DNA of 62,428 nucleotides, counting the filler, from Choristocarpus tenellus KU-1152 (taxonomy: Eukaryota; Protista; Phaeophyceae): assembly GCA_964200185.2 (NCBI GenBank). It is 10 parts of 10 records of this genome, joined end to end, with 100 filler letters (N's around TTAATTAATTAA, not from the genome) between each part and the next. Parts side by side here need not be neighbours in the genome. Positions count along the whole stretch, not along the records: positions 1 to 4,782 come from CAXNAD020013085.1; positions 4,883 to 11,296 come from CAXNAD020008188.1; positions 11,397 to 14,484 come from CAXNAD020022403.1; 7 more parts are not named here. One strand, given 5' to 3'. The translations under genes and the position numbers were made by a program. The notes beneath the pieces are model-generated. The model made no database searches and was not told the origin of the DNA. It saw only the letters and a program-made list of their open reading frames with translations. Below, in pieces: positions 1-12,828 of the stretch; the stretch's first letter is position 1; every line of letters begins with the position of its first letter.

Positions 1-2
1 CA

Positions 3-50
3 GAGTAAAATATCTGGGGGGGGGGGGGTGCCAGCGTCCGTTTTGACCTT
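3..50. mobile_element. Terminal fragment of MITE family B
   Basis: GAGTAAAATATCTG(G)n..GCGTCCGTTTTGACC resembles the termini of the complete copy at 52206-52384. Confidence 0.45.
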
Positions 51-205
51 GTGGCACGCACTGTAGACTGATGAGATAAACTACTCTTCTTAGATCATTT
101 TAGATCATGTTCCCTTGTCTGCCTACGGTTACTAGTCCAAGCCACATGATCATACTGAACGTTTCACTATAGCCATAATATCACATCGATGTAGTCACCA
201 TTACC

Positions 206-3200
206 TCACCTTTTCTTGTGAGCCTTCCTTCGACTCTTGTGGGCACGTATGTGCCTCTGAATGTCCCGGGCTGCTAACTCTTCCCTCTTGCATGCCTCCA
301 CCTCTTCCTCTATGTGGAAGCATTCAAAGATCTCAGCAACGCCTCTAACCCTGGCATATATTTGCTTGAGAACCTCCTTACAAACAACTTCAGCCATCTC
401 GAAGTTTCCCTCACCACTTTCAAACACCTGGAGAATACTGGCTACTGACTCTTCCACAACCGCTAACACCTGGTCCAATAATTCCTTCCGCTTCCCTGGA
501 TGCACACAAATGGTACCCAACCTTGGCTCATCATCCTGATCTTCCTGCACCGGCATGTCTGACCCCTGGAACTGCTCTTGGCCATTGATAGCTCCACAAA
601 TGTCTAATTGTCCAATTTGAGGGATATCAAGAGTGAGGATGTAGGCTTCAACCATGGCACAATCCCAGAAATTAGAGCCCCCATAATTTGCTATTGAAGT
701 AGATGGATCAACGAAGTGTGGACGAAGATAATTCGACTTGCAATGGACCAAGTGAGCGAGGTCAGGGTGGGAGCGCAGGGCAGCAGCAGTGGAGGCAACA
801 AGAGCCTCACAGAGATGGGAGGGGAACGCTGACAGACGGCTCAGCTGAGTTTTTGATCTCTGGGTGATGGTACCTCCTGGAACCACGGACGAGACACTCA
901 CAACACTTGAAATGATGTCCTGCAAGTATGTACAGAGATGGTAGGAGAGTATGCATGGGGTAGACACTTGATAGAAATATAGAGTTTTCCACCTTCATGG
1001 GAAGGTTTGGCATTGTTGTGGGAAGAAAGGACTTGAAAAACACGTCAGTAGAACTTCCAGTAACATCATCTTCCCCCTAGGGCCTTATGGTAAGAGGGCA
1101 TGAATGAAGAATAGAGATCAGACAAAAACAACGCAATAGTGCACTGTTCATTCTTCCACTTATTTTACGAGGTCAAAATCTGCCTTAACAAGAGGGGAAA
1201 AATCAGTCCCGATTAGCAGCTTGGTGCTTAGATCTACTAAAAGAGTGCTTGAGAATACAGAACAGGATGCATGATTCCAGCCAATCACATCGACATACAT
1301 ATATTATATATATATATATGGAAGCATGCACAGCGAACATAAGAGGTGAGGACTGAGTGGTATCAGAGTCAAAGTAAATGAGGGGTGCCTAGGGTTGCAT
1401 TGTAAGCATGCTGAAAAATATGTGCCAATTTCGGCTTCTTGTACCAATGCGTATTGGGAATTTGATGAATTGTGTCGAAAATTTTCACACAAAAGAGAAA
1501 TCAACTCTCTCAAATTGATCTTAGTACTTTATCCATAGAAACAAGAGTGAATTGCAAAAGATGAAAAATGTGGATAAAAATGCAAAGCAGCCAAAACCTG
1601 GATACCTCACGTTTATTTTGTTTCTCACTTGGAGGGTATCTGAAAGAAGGTTTGTGGTCCTGTTGAGCTCAGTCATTTCATCTGTTTCTAATGAGTGGCC
1701 ACCCTCCAGGAGAGAATTCCAGACTTCCTGTAGAGAGGTAATTTGACATGACATGGATTAGTACATCAACTATAGGCTAGGGGAGTTTGATGTTGGGATG
1801 TGTTAGACATTTAAACTCGGTCTGATGTTACCAAGCGTCAAGTACTACGCTTTTATTGAGTATGCATTGTCAAGATGAACTGAAGAGCAAGGTGACAAGG
1901 ATGACATTTTTGCTGCAGTGGAAATTCACCGAAAAGAGGCTTAGGATGTCTTCTCGTGTTGCTCGTATTTCTTACACCTTGCCATTCACAATGTACGCGC
2001 CTGCACAGCCTCGACCATTGCAACCACAACTTTCTCGCATGCCTGTGTCACCTCCTTGGCAACTTCGGCATTATCAGACCTATCCTCTTCTCCCTTGAGT
2101 AATCGATCGACAGAAGATCGGACCCTCCCTAGAGCTTCTCTCCAAGTCTCTTCACACCTCTCAAGCTGCTGCCAAGCTGCTACCATCTGTTCTAGAAACC
2201 TGGGGTAGCTTGCACCAAGAGAGAAAAGCTCAGCTAGGCAATGTTCTTCCTCAGATATCTGAGCCCCATCACAGCTACCAAATGTGCTCCTGCTTAGTGT
2301 ACCAGTGTGACCACCTAAAGATTGGCTATTGTTGTCCCTGTATCTTTTCCCATAAAGGTCCTTGTCATGAGCGACTTCCCCTCTTCTGTAGGCAGCACCT
2401 CCACAAAGAGTTGTTTCTTCAACACCATCGCAGACAATAGGGTTAATTCCATACTTCTGACGATGGGAACGGCTAGATGTCAGAGCAGCAGATGCAACAG
2501 TCATCATGTTTTTATACATAGCTTTGGTTGTGGAGTGGCGCGATGCTGTGACAAATAGCAGAGACCCAAAAGAACCCCAAAGGCTGTAGATGAAGGCGTC
2601 AGCTTCCACACGCCACATCCCACTCTGGCTATCCTGCTGCACTGAGGATTCATGCTCAGGAACAACTCGATTCTCCTCGGGCTTCATGTTCAGTTGGGGA
2701 CAAATACCGTCTGAGACCTGGTGCTGGGTGATTAGGTCTTGTGTCTGCTGAGGGTGCATGCAATCTATGTCTCTCACAATTTCACAATTACATTCTGCCT
2801 CGATAGTTGTCATCACTTCTTGCTGGAAAGTATCCCTCACAACAGATGTATCAAGTACATGAATAGTTTCCTCTCCTTCCACACCTAGAAGCTCTAACTC
2901 TGTGGAATGATGGTCTTTAGCCAGGTGAGCATCTGACCCAACAAAGTTGTTGGAGCTATGCATGCCAATCCTGGCCTGGTACCGCCGCACAAAGGACTGA
3001 AGGACATTGATTGCAATAGCATGCGCCACCTCTTCCTGCGGATGTCCAAGGAGGTAAGGGGAAAGTACATGTGATGAGTTGATGGCGGTAAATGGCACAG
3101 GCAGACGAGACATCACTATGACGACAGGCTGCTTCCAAATTTTCCTGTGCACTGTTATGTGTGTCGATCCCAATGATCCCAGCCCTGGAGACTCATATAA

Positions 3201-3950
3201 CCCATAGAATGTGACCCTGGGGGATTTGCAGTCCTAATCCACACTAACAACTATTCTGTACATCATCAATGACTATATCTTACTTAGTAGAACAAGAATT
3301 TAGAGCTCTAATGAGTAAACAAAATCATTTGAAATGTTTGGAACCAATAGGAAGGGCCCCACAAACCCTTGACATGTCGGGATCATTCCAAATAGGTCTT
3401 TGCACAGCCACTTTGATGCTGTGAAGTTTGAAGAGTAAGTGTACCCCTGGCGAAACAGACACCACATAGTAGATGTTCACATTGTGCACAAGGAAACCCA
3501 CCCAGTCATAACAATAACATTGATGCTAATGGAGGAACACAAGAACACTTTCTTGATCTACAATCGGCTTATTTGTCTCCTCAGTTTCTACACCAGTAGT
3601 ATGGATGCAGATGTGCCTTTACCAATTATATCGTGGTGATGCGGACAACTTGCGAGCTATCTGAAAATATGTTTTCTGTAGACATGCATTTCCCCTCTAC
3701 CCATAGTGGTTTTCTGACAAGAAAACGTGTTGAACCAAGTTATTTTTTTTATGAATTGCTTTCCGTACTACACCTCCCAATTTAATTGACAAATCTTGCA
3801 GGTTCTTTGCCTCCCCTTGTGTCCACGATAGATCCGCTGGATGAGGGCAGCGGAATCGCCTCTGTGTTTTGCATGTTCCCTGCTGGTGTTGTATAGCAGT
3901 GGGGGGTCCGAACACCAGCAGCATTGCATTTTGTAGTCAGGAGTGTCTGC
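206..3950 (-). CDS. Probable multi-exon gene of unknown function with IQ-like calmodulin-binding motifs; large ORFs 1986-3173 (395 aa) and 206-967 (253 aa)
   Basis: Two long stop-free ORFs lie on the same strand. An upstream exon-like frame (~3775-3950) reads AALIQRIYRGHKGR (IQxxxRGxxxR), and the 395-aa ORF has INVLQSFVRRYQAR. Exon structure is unresolved and this could be more than one gene. Confidence 0.45.
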
Positions 3951-3980
3951 TTTATACTGCCTTCTTGATCATTTCAAAAT

Positions 3981-4244
3981 GAGTCAAAGTATCTTAGAGG
4001 GTAGAACTGGGTCCATTTAGAGACCAAAATCCAATGTTGCGGTTTTTGATGTAATTTTGGCTATTGTGTTTGTTAGGAAGTGTCAATATCTATCATGTTC
4101 CTGGCACGCCTTTTGATAACGTATACATTTTACCTACTCCAAAACATTTCGGAGAAGGTAAAATGTCATTAAAAAAAACGTGGGAAGCCAAGACTCAAAC
4201 GGACAAACAGAGCAAAACCCGCACCCTCTGATATGCTTTCACTC
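3981..4244 (+). mobile_element. MITE family A copy 1 (264 bp, more diverged)
   Basis: Termini GAGTCAAAGTATCTTAGAGGGT...ACCCTCTGATATGCTTTCACTC, flanked by AAT/AAT. Colinear with the copies at 6549, 7620 and 44651. Confidence 0.85.
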
Positions 4245-4690
4245 AATATATTGAGTAATGAGTTTAGTTTAGTTGAGCATAACAAACAGGACAATGTGGA
4301 TTATTGGAAGTCTGAGGCAGGCACTCAAGAGAACCTTTTCAGTTGCAAGAGAGGTGGAAAGGAGGTGCAAAGGGGATCAGCAAGGTGTTTTGGAATTATG
4401 GAAGGGTGGGTAGTGTGTTCTCCGAGCTACTTGATGTAACGTGTCTGCCTCAACCTATACTTCGATATTGAGGAAAGACCTACACTTGAAGACTCGTTAG
4501 CATCTGCCTAAAGTCTTCTTTATCCAGAAAATGGAGTTGGGCCTTGGAACTGGTGCTGGGATCAGAAGTCTAGAAGGGGTGTACCGTAGATCCTCATCTA
4601 AGGTGAATAACAATAAAGTTACTCAGGGGGTGGGGAGATTTTTGGGAAAAAATGCATCATATTGGTATTTTTTTAACTACAATATTAGTC

Positions 4691-4782
4691 TCAAAGTATC
4701 TGGGGGGGGGGGGGGGGGGGGGGGGGGACGTATCTTTTGGGGCCCCTTTTTTCTTTCTCCTTTTTTTTTTGTGTTTTGTTTT
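4691..4782 (+). mobile_element. Terminal fragment of MITE family B running into a gap
   Basis: TCAAAGTATCTG(G)n matches the left end of 52206-52384. Confidence 0.4.
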
Positions 4783-4882
4783 NNNNNNNNNNNNNNNNNN
4801 NNNNNNNNNNNNNNNNNNNNNNNNNNTTAATTAATTAANNNNNNNNNNNNNNNNNNNNNNNNNNNNNNNNNNNNNNNNNNNN
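4783..4882. other. Artificial contig linker (44N-TTAATTAATTAA-44N); same linker at 11297-11396, 14485-14584, 17768-17867, 31545-31644, 35981-36080, 40039-40138, 52401-52500, 56669-56768
   Basis: Identical 100-nt structure occurs nine times. TTAATTAATTAA gives stops in all six frames. Confidence 0.97.
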
Positions 4883-5031
4883 CTTCCTATTCCTGAACTC
4901 TTCCGTATTCTAGTTCTTGAAACCCAACCTTAACTTCTATTCTTCAGAACACAAACATTGTCTCTTCATCCTTAGATTCTTTCTTGTACATAATCTCCTT
5001 TTACACATGAATAAGAAGCATATTCTTAGCA
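4883..5031 (-). repeat. Partial 3' LTR of the Copia element (rest lost at contig end)
   Basis: Similar to 8484-8628. On the minus strand it starts with TG just after a purine-rich GAAGCAGCGGAGTG tract. Confidence 0.75.
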
Positions 5032-6548
5032 CACTCCGCTGCTTCGAACTTCAAGTGAAAAACAGCACCACAAACGTCCTTGAACATATCTTCAACACAG
5101 AAATCAATCCCAATTAATTCTACGCATGATAACACTGGAATGCCTATTGAAAGATTTCTTAGACAAACCCCTAGTAAAAAGATCAGCATGTTGGAACTCT
5201 GTTGACAAATATCCAATAGCTATCTTTCGTTCCCTCTCCAACTGATGTACATAGTGATACCTAATATCAATGTGCTTGGTTCTACCACCAGATACTGCCT
5301 TCACAGCAGTCTTGATTGCACCAACATTATCCTCGAACACAGATACATGGTAATCCTTCAAAGTGGTTGCATAAACATGTACTCTTGCTTGAGGAACATT
5401 ACCTTTTCTCCCAACTCACACAATGCAACATACTCAGCCTCAGCAGTAGACAGTGTAACCGTTTTCTGCTTCCTGGACCACCAGTCAACCCATCCTCTCC
5501 CAAACATTACAACACCATCAGAAATGTTCAATCTACTGTCCTTGCAGTTTGCATAATCAGCATCTGTATAGCCAATTAACTGATCTCTTGGTCCATTCCC
5601 ATACAATCCAAAGTCACCAAAGGTAATTCTATGCCCTTTAGTACCCAACAGGTCCCAATCACTCTCCTAGCATTGTACCAATCAGACTAATTTGGATTCT
5701 CTACACTAGAAGTCAACTCTCTAACTGCAAAACATGTATCAGGTCTAGTCATGATAGCAGCCCATTGTATACCACCAATCATAGATCTGTAGTCGTCTGG
5801 AACAGGTCCCTCTTGCTTCACTCTCTTTGTGATGGATGGTAGCTCGTAATTCGTGCCAGTACCGTGTCTTTCAACCAACTCTCCAATGTACAAGCTCTGA
5901 TCCACCACAAGTGTCCCGGTTTTCCTGTTCCTCCTGATCCTGCATCCCATAAATTTGGTTACCTCACCCAAATTCACCACCGGGAACTTCTCATTAAATC
6001 CCTCAATGATACACACAGCATAACCAGCCACTGGTTCCTCAGCCACCATCATGTCATCCACATGAACAATAATGATTATCACAGCCTCACCATCCACGAT
6101 CATTCTGAACAGACATGGATTTGCCTCAGATTGTTCCAATCTCAGCTCCAACAAAGCTTCCACCAGCAGAAAATTCCAGTTTTGAGAAGCCTGGACTATC
6201 CCATACAGGCACTTCTTCAGAAATCTCACTGCTCCACCAAACTTTGCCTTTCCTTCGGGAAGTTCCACATACATAGTTTCCTCCAAGTCAGCCTGTGTGA
6301 AGGCCTTCTTCCCATCACTGTTGATCAACACGTAATTCATCTTCCCTTTTAGTGCAAGTAACATGCGAAGAGAAACATGTGTAGGTGTTAGTGAGAATAA
6401 ATCGAAGTAATCCTCCCCCTTCCTCTGCCTGAAACCCTGGATAATCAACCTGGCCTTACACCTTTCCACTTCTCCATTAGCATCCACCTTCCTGGTAAAC
6501 ACCATCTTTGTCCCGAGTACCTTGTGACCATCAGTGGGATGAGGCACT

Positions 6549-6806
6549 GAGTGAAAGTATCTTAGAGGGTACGAGTTTTGCCCTGTTTGTCCATTTGGGG
6601 CTTGGCTTCCCTCGGGGTTTTTATGACATTTTCCTACTCCAAAAAAAATCAGAGTAGGTAAAATGTGTATGTTATGAAAAGGTGTGTCCGGAACGAGGAT
6701 ATTGACATCTCCTAAGAAACACGATAGCCAAAATTACATCGAAATCGCAACAGTAGATTTTGCGACCCAAATGGACGCGACTCTACCCTCTAAGATACTT
6801 TGACTC
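6549..6806 (-). mobile_element. MITE family A copy 2, inserted in Copia RT
   Basis: GAGTGAAAGTATCTTAGAGGGTA...TACCCTCTAAGATACTTTGACTC with duplicated ACT (or CACT). Removing it restores the frame EFDYLDSRGVWIQVPHPTDG. Confidence 0.93.
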
Positions 6807-7619
6807 ACTTGAATCCACACTCCCCTGCTGTCCAAATAATCGAATTCATCATCAATGGCCCCTTTCCGCAAAGGTCACTCCTCTGACTCCATTGCTGCTC
6901 GTATAGAGGTTAGTTCGGGTGGGAAGAGTCTATCTCTTTCCCACCAACAAGCAAACTAACGAGTCTCCTCTCATACTGAAGAGCACGCTCCGATGGTTCT
7001 CCAGGTTCAGGTGGGAGACCACGGTTATGGTCCGCGAGTCTCAGCATCAACCTTCTACCACTCCCCTGCTGTGACGTAGACGGATCCACATCCCTCATTC
7101 CTGGATCCAATACCCCATCGGATCCCATCAAGTCCCCGTCAACCTCCTGCTCATGTCCTAATACCTCAGGACTGGATACAGATTCCACAGTGTCATTACC
7201 CCCTGCATCCTTGAAACCTCCTTTACTCAAAGTTTCCTCCACCTCTTCAATCAATAGGCTTCCTCCCAAGTCCAAATCAGGTTCCTTGTTCTTGACCACC
7301 CCATAATCCGTCAGTATGACTCCTGAATCAGAGTAAGGTTCTCACATCCAGTCCCTCCTGTGAACTATTTTCCCTGGATTTGTAAGCAAAACCCGCATGG
7401 TATCAGAAGGATGGTTGGAGGAAAGTCCCATCATCAAGCATGGTTCAGTTTGACGAGCCAATTTACGCAGGCGGTTATCCACTCTAGTATAACCCTTGGG
7501 ACACCAAAGTGGCCAGAGATGAGGATGCGTAGGAACACTATAAAATTTCTTATGGGAACTTCCAGTGAGGATTAGCAGACCTGGGGGACAAGTTAGTAAG
7601 AGTGTTAGCCATGTTGTGC

Positions 7620-7878
7620 GAGTGAAAGTATCTTAGAGGGTACGAATTTTGCCCTGTTTGTCCATTTAGGACTTGGCTTCCCAAGTTTTTTTTAATCACA
7701 TTTTCCTACTCCAAAATGTTTAGGAGGAGGTAAAATGTATACGTTATGAAAAGGTGTGTCAAAAACATAGATGTTGACACTTCGTATCAAACAAAATAAC
7801 CAAAATTACATCAAAATCGTAACATTGGATTTTGACCCCCAAATGGACGCGGCGCTACCCTCTAAGATACTTTGACTC
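7620..7878 (-). mobile_element. MITE family A copy 3, inserted in Copia integrase
   Basis: Same TIRs with 4-bp TSD GTGC/GTGC. Removing it restores LWDEAHNMANTLTNLSP. Confidence 0.94.
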
Positions 7879-8280
7879 GTGCGCCTCATCCCACAATCCC
7901 AGTCGATCCCCCAGACCAGCTGCATGGATCATGACTAGACTCTTTTCCGTAATCAGGGCAAGAGCCCGTTCCACCTTCCTATTGAGTTGAGGAGTTCCAG
8001 GCACAGTATACTCATGCCGGATCTTGTGTTCATCAAGTACATCCTCAAAGTAAAATTCTTGAATTCCGTCTCCTCGTCAGTCCTCACACACCCAATGCTG
8101 ATATTCTCCACTTCAGTCACATTCCGGATGAAAGCCCAAAACACCTTGGCAGTCTCATCCTTCCATCTCAAAGATCGTAACCAACCTATCCCTGTCTTGT
8201 CGCAGACCATGAGCATCTCATACAAAACTCTGCCCAGGCTGCTCACCCTAAGCTTAGGTCCACTAAGATCTATGAACACA

Positions 8281-8628
8281 TGTCAAAGAGATTGATGTTC
8301 CCAAGACTTGTGTATGTAAATGACTCGATTAATTCCTTATTGTGTAGATCAGGTTGTACATGAAGTAAGGAAGATGAAAGGAAGGAGTGATCATCCAAGC
8401 CCAAAGGGGTGGGGCCTTGCCACCAAATCAATTATATTCTGTGAATGACTAATCAAACTAATCACAGATTACTTCCCACAATGCTTCCTATTCCTGAACT
8501 CTTCCGTATTCTAGTTCTTGAAACCCAACCTTATCTTCTATTCTTCAGAACACAAACATTGTCTCTTCATCCTTAGATTCTTCTATTGAATCTCCTTTTA
8601 CACACGAATAAAGAGCACATTGTTAACA
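8281..8628 (-). repeat. LTR (348 bp) of the Copia element, abutting integrase sequence
   Basis: TG...CA ends (TGTCA / TTAACA). Its 8484-8628 part matches 4883-5031. Confidence 0.75.
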
Positions 8629-9165
8629 GTCCATCTTGGTCGGTATGAGCTCCAAAGGCCGCCCACTACGTGCCGCCACCCCTAGGTCAAGCGTGTGGCC
8701 ACGGACGAGCTGATCGGCGACGTCCTCCCAGAGTCCTCGCATGTATTGCTTGGACACTCCAAACTCTGTGGTGAGGGCCGGGCCAACGTGTCGGGGCAGT
8801 TTATGCTCACCAAGGACCATTGCGATGGCATGCTGCACTGCAAGCGCAACCCTGGTATTCAGGGACACTTGGGCACCCTTCCTACACAGGGGGGTCGGCG
8901 GGGGGGTTGCTATGCCGACGTTCTAACCCTCGATGTGCCCAGTTCTGACCTCAAAATTACCCCAAAAAGGCCCCTACTTTGACGACTTGAAGCACCTCGA
9001 GTTTTTACCTTATGGTCCTGGACCTCCACCTTTTCTGAAAGCTGAGATTGTCAACCCGTTTTCATTCTGTGGAGATATCGTCCGATTCGGCGCCGTTCTC
9101 GCTCGGCGAGCCCAGATGTTTCGCGGCACAAACTTATGGCACAGATGTAGTTCATATGTAAGTAG
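8629..9165 (-). mobile_element. 5' fragment of mariner-like DNA transposon, truncated at the Copia LTR
   Basis: Clearly homologous to ~61320-61687. Contains the transposase N-terminal ORF 8623-8868 (MSLNTRVALAVQHA...RSGRP). The end ATGGCACAGA...GTAG is an imperfect inverted match of 60145-60172. Confidence 0.8.
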
Positions 9166-10814
9166 TGTGTTCGTAGACGAGGTCTAGAAGAAAAATGATA
9201 AAAGAAAGGTATTATTATTAAAATAAATAATATTATTATTTGCAGTACTGGTCTAGAGCTACACATTTTTTTGTTAGCATTTTGCCTTCGTATTTTGTCC
9301 AAGAATAATGGACTGATAATGTATGTACCTATAGGGGGAAAGGATCAGTTGGGTTCTTAGGTTTGCAAGATAATATACCCATTTTAGTAGTTTCAGACTA
9401 GGCAATAGTATTGGTATAATGTGTGTATGCGTCAATAACGTCTAAGGGGTCATTCACACGAGAATCGTAACAGTTGCCACAGCTCCCAGTTGGACGCGGA
9501 TCATCTTAGAACTACTCCAATCATTCTAGTTTTTTTACACATCAAATATGCATCTAACAGCCGATCATCAAAATTGAGGATGGAGCTTTTTATTGAGGAT
9601 GAGCTAGACGCAGATTGGTGTGCGGAAAGTGCACATATGTTTTTTTTTATGTTGCGGCACTTTTGGAAGGCCCCGCTACGAATGGGAATCCATCCCGACG
9701 AAGGTGGTAGTAGGACAGTGTGTGGGGGGCGGCAACGATTTCGTTTGATTGTCGTGTACATGTATGCCCTGCGTTGGCTTGCTTGCTTTAATAATTAGTG
9801 CGGTCGGTGGAGTCGTTTGACTGTCGAAGGTGGCGGTGGTAGAAAATAATAGTACTTCGAATTAGTTTTTTTCAGGGCAGCGTCTCATTGTCATTATGGT
9901 TGGCTGACTGACTGAGAAGAAGTGTTATTTTCCCACATTATTCATTTGTTTACTTTTTATTGCTATCGTCACCGACCTCTTTGTACGAATATCTCAGTCT
10001 TGTCCGAGATATCGTTTGTTGCGATCTGTCCCTCCCCCACCCTGTCAGATACGCCGATTGGCATTCATCTGTTTCCTCGGGCAAGTTGTTGGAGTTGTAA
10101 CACATTGCATGACAACAACAGGGAGAAGCAGAAGAAGGCTACAATATCTAACGGTAGCTTGTAGTTAAAAAAAATCTTCCAGCACATTTAAAAAAGAAAA
10201 AAAACATCAGCTTTTTCAATTTGCTGCTCATTCGTTGTACCACTCCTCCCCCCGCCACCGCGAGACACTCTGCATGTCACCTGAAGCAAGCACAGACGCC
10301 AACGATGGTAAGCACGTTACCGGGAGTGCAACAGACACATGAGCAACCTGCTTGACTACTGGACGAAGGAGGCATCATGAACAACAACACTCCTGTATCC
10401 TCTGTTTGCCATGCCCTTGGCCTCGCTGCCCAATGCTCTCGATCCGTTGGCAGCACCATTGGCGCGCGGGGTGGTCATTGTTGAGTGAATGTTGGACATG
10501 GCGAAGTTTGGGAAGGTGTGACGGAGATAGACAAGAAAGAGCTGCTGGTGGTATGTGCGGAAGGGAAGGAACGGAAATGAGTAGTGAGGGCTGAGAGGTG
10601 CTACTTTATTTCATCTGGTCCGTTGGTACCCAAGGAACTCAGATTTCTCTTTCCGTTGATAATTGTGTTCCAAAAAATATGAATATCGAACAGTATACGA
10701 TTTCATATTTAAAACAAATAAAGAGTATCAGTCTTTTATGACCTTTTCGTTTCGGAACATTTCAAACGTATTAAATCAATTAAGTATGTGGTTTATATTC
10801 TATTTATTGAAATT

Positions 10815-11103
10815 AAGAATAGAATCTAATTTTTATTTCATCATAACGATAATACACGTATTTTCCAGAACGTGGATTTCAGGCTGGTCTGACGGATCAC
10901 TTCAAACTCAAACATCGTATGCCCAGCTTCGAATTCAATTCAATCGTGCCCAAGACCGCCTGTTGCCTAAAAACAGAATAGAATCTAGTTTCTATTTCAT
11001 CTCAGCGAGAATAAACGCATTTTCCAGAACACGGATTTCATTTTGGTCCAACGGGTCTCTTCAAACTCAAACATCGTACGCCTGGCTTCGAATTCAATTC
11101 ACT
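10815..11103. repeat. Two-copy direct repeat, period ~159 bp
   Basis: AGAATAGAATCTA...TTTTCCAGAAC..GGATTTCA...CTTCAAACTCAAACATCGTA...GCTTCGAATTCAATTCA occurs twice. Confidence 0.8.
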
Positions 11104-12828
11104 CCTAGACCTTCTCACTGCCCAAGACCACCTGTTGCCGGAAAACACCACGACAGTTGCTCCCACAGCAAGGGGGTGGCTTTTGTCACCTGTGCCGCCC
11201 TCTGCGTTGCCCCCTCATCAGCCCGCCAACAATGATGCGCTGGAGCTTTCTACCAATGACGTTTCTACCAATGACGCTTCAGCAACCGGCGCCAAGNNNN
11301 NNNNNNNNNNNNNNNNNNNNNNNNNNNNNNNNNNNNNNNNTTAATTAATTAANNNNNNNNNNNNNNNNNNNNNNNNNNNNNNNNNNNNNNNNNNNNATCT
11401 GCTTGAAGTAAGATTGGGTGATTTGGAGTGCCTTTCCAAATCCCCCCTCCTTCACTCTTCCTGCTTGTTGACTCTTTTCCTGAGTGATATTTTGAGGGAT
11501 TGCTCTCCCTCTTTGACTTTGTTTCTCTTTGACCTTTCCTCCTGTGGGTCTCCCCGCTCCCCTTCATTAAAAAAACCTGGCGGCTTGTTCCCACCTGTTT
11601 CAAAGTGGCGACGACGGCAATCGTTTGAAGTGGGAGAGTACTTTTCCAGTACGTTTTTGGGGAAACTCTCATTACATTGCCTGTACTTTGAGTACCACAT
11701 ATGCCAAATTAGTCTGAATGGCACACAGTTCGATCAAGGAGAAGACGAAGTACGTTCCAGACAACTTCAAACCGGTTCCTAAGCTTCATGGCGAAAGAAT
11801 TCAAGGAAAATAAACACTATGAAACCCTTGAAACATATGCCCTTCGGTTTTGACACCTTCTTGGTAGATTTAGTACAGCTGTTGACCGTTCATCTACAGA
11901 TTCTAGTGACCTGTAAATATATCGATCAAATTGCGATGGCCATTTTAAAGGTGGACTAAAACCTCACCTTCAGCTAAAACAGTTCATCGAAAATTTCGCT
12001 TCTACAGTATCTGGAGCTATCAATCGTGCTAAACGTCATGAAGCCAACAGTCTAACAGGAAAAAGACATGCCCACGCACTTGCCCCTGTTCCTTCGACTT
12101 CGCCGACTGTTCCAACTGCTGTTTCAGCTATTTCCGCTGGTCACTTCGCATAGTCTACAGTCTGTTGGCTTGTTCCCACCTGTTTCACAATGGGCAATTC
12201 ATAATTCAGTGTATGTTTTACCATGCAATTCAACTGCTACCTTTCAGCAACGAGCCTTATATGCGCCAAGTTTCTCAACACGCTTAAGCACCTAATCCAA
12301 ACTCTAGCTAGGGGAGGCGCAGCCGGACTGGTTGGGTTTGAATTGGTACTGCATCACTCATGGCTACCGATGGATTTCACAATTAACTCCTTCAGCTTAC
12401 AGATGACAACTATGCCGATTGGTTTGCTACAACCCAGGCATTTTGGGGCGCAAAGGGGGATATTGACGAGGCGTTGGAGTACAGAGAGGAACCCATCAGG
12501 GTGGGTGATATTGATCTCGTCAAGAAGAAAGGTGCAGATGAAGAAGAGATTACCAAGGCCAAAAGGGCATCTCCATCCAACGGGAGGTAGGAGATCGCGG
12601 AGAGCCTGGGGGCGCTCTGGCCACGAGGACCGAGAAAAAGGCTGCCCGAGGTGGCAGCCAGGGTACGACTCGTCATCGTATTGACCCTGGGACGACAGGA
12701 TCCCGTTCCAGGGGGCTAACCAAGGTCCGAGAGAAATGCTATAAATGAGGATTGGTTAGACATTTCGGTTCCTGTGCATTTGGAGGACTGTGTTACAGCT
12801 GCAGGAAGAATAGCCACCTGCGAGCTGT

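Larger units (their letters stand above)
4883..8628 (-). mobile_element. Degenerate Ty1/Copia LTR retrotransposon (integrase-RT-RNase H; gag/protease absent), interrupted by two MITEs
   Basis: Integrase FIDLSGP...VRTD (7953-8279) and LWDEAHNMA; RT CKARLIIQGFRQ, LKKCLYGIVQA, VHVDDM (5687-6547); RNase H YTDADYA, STAEAEY, TKHIDIRYH (5104-5648). INT-RT-RH order is that of Copia. Frameshifts and stops are present. Confidence 0.92.
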
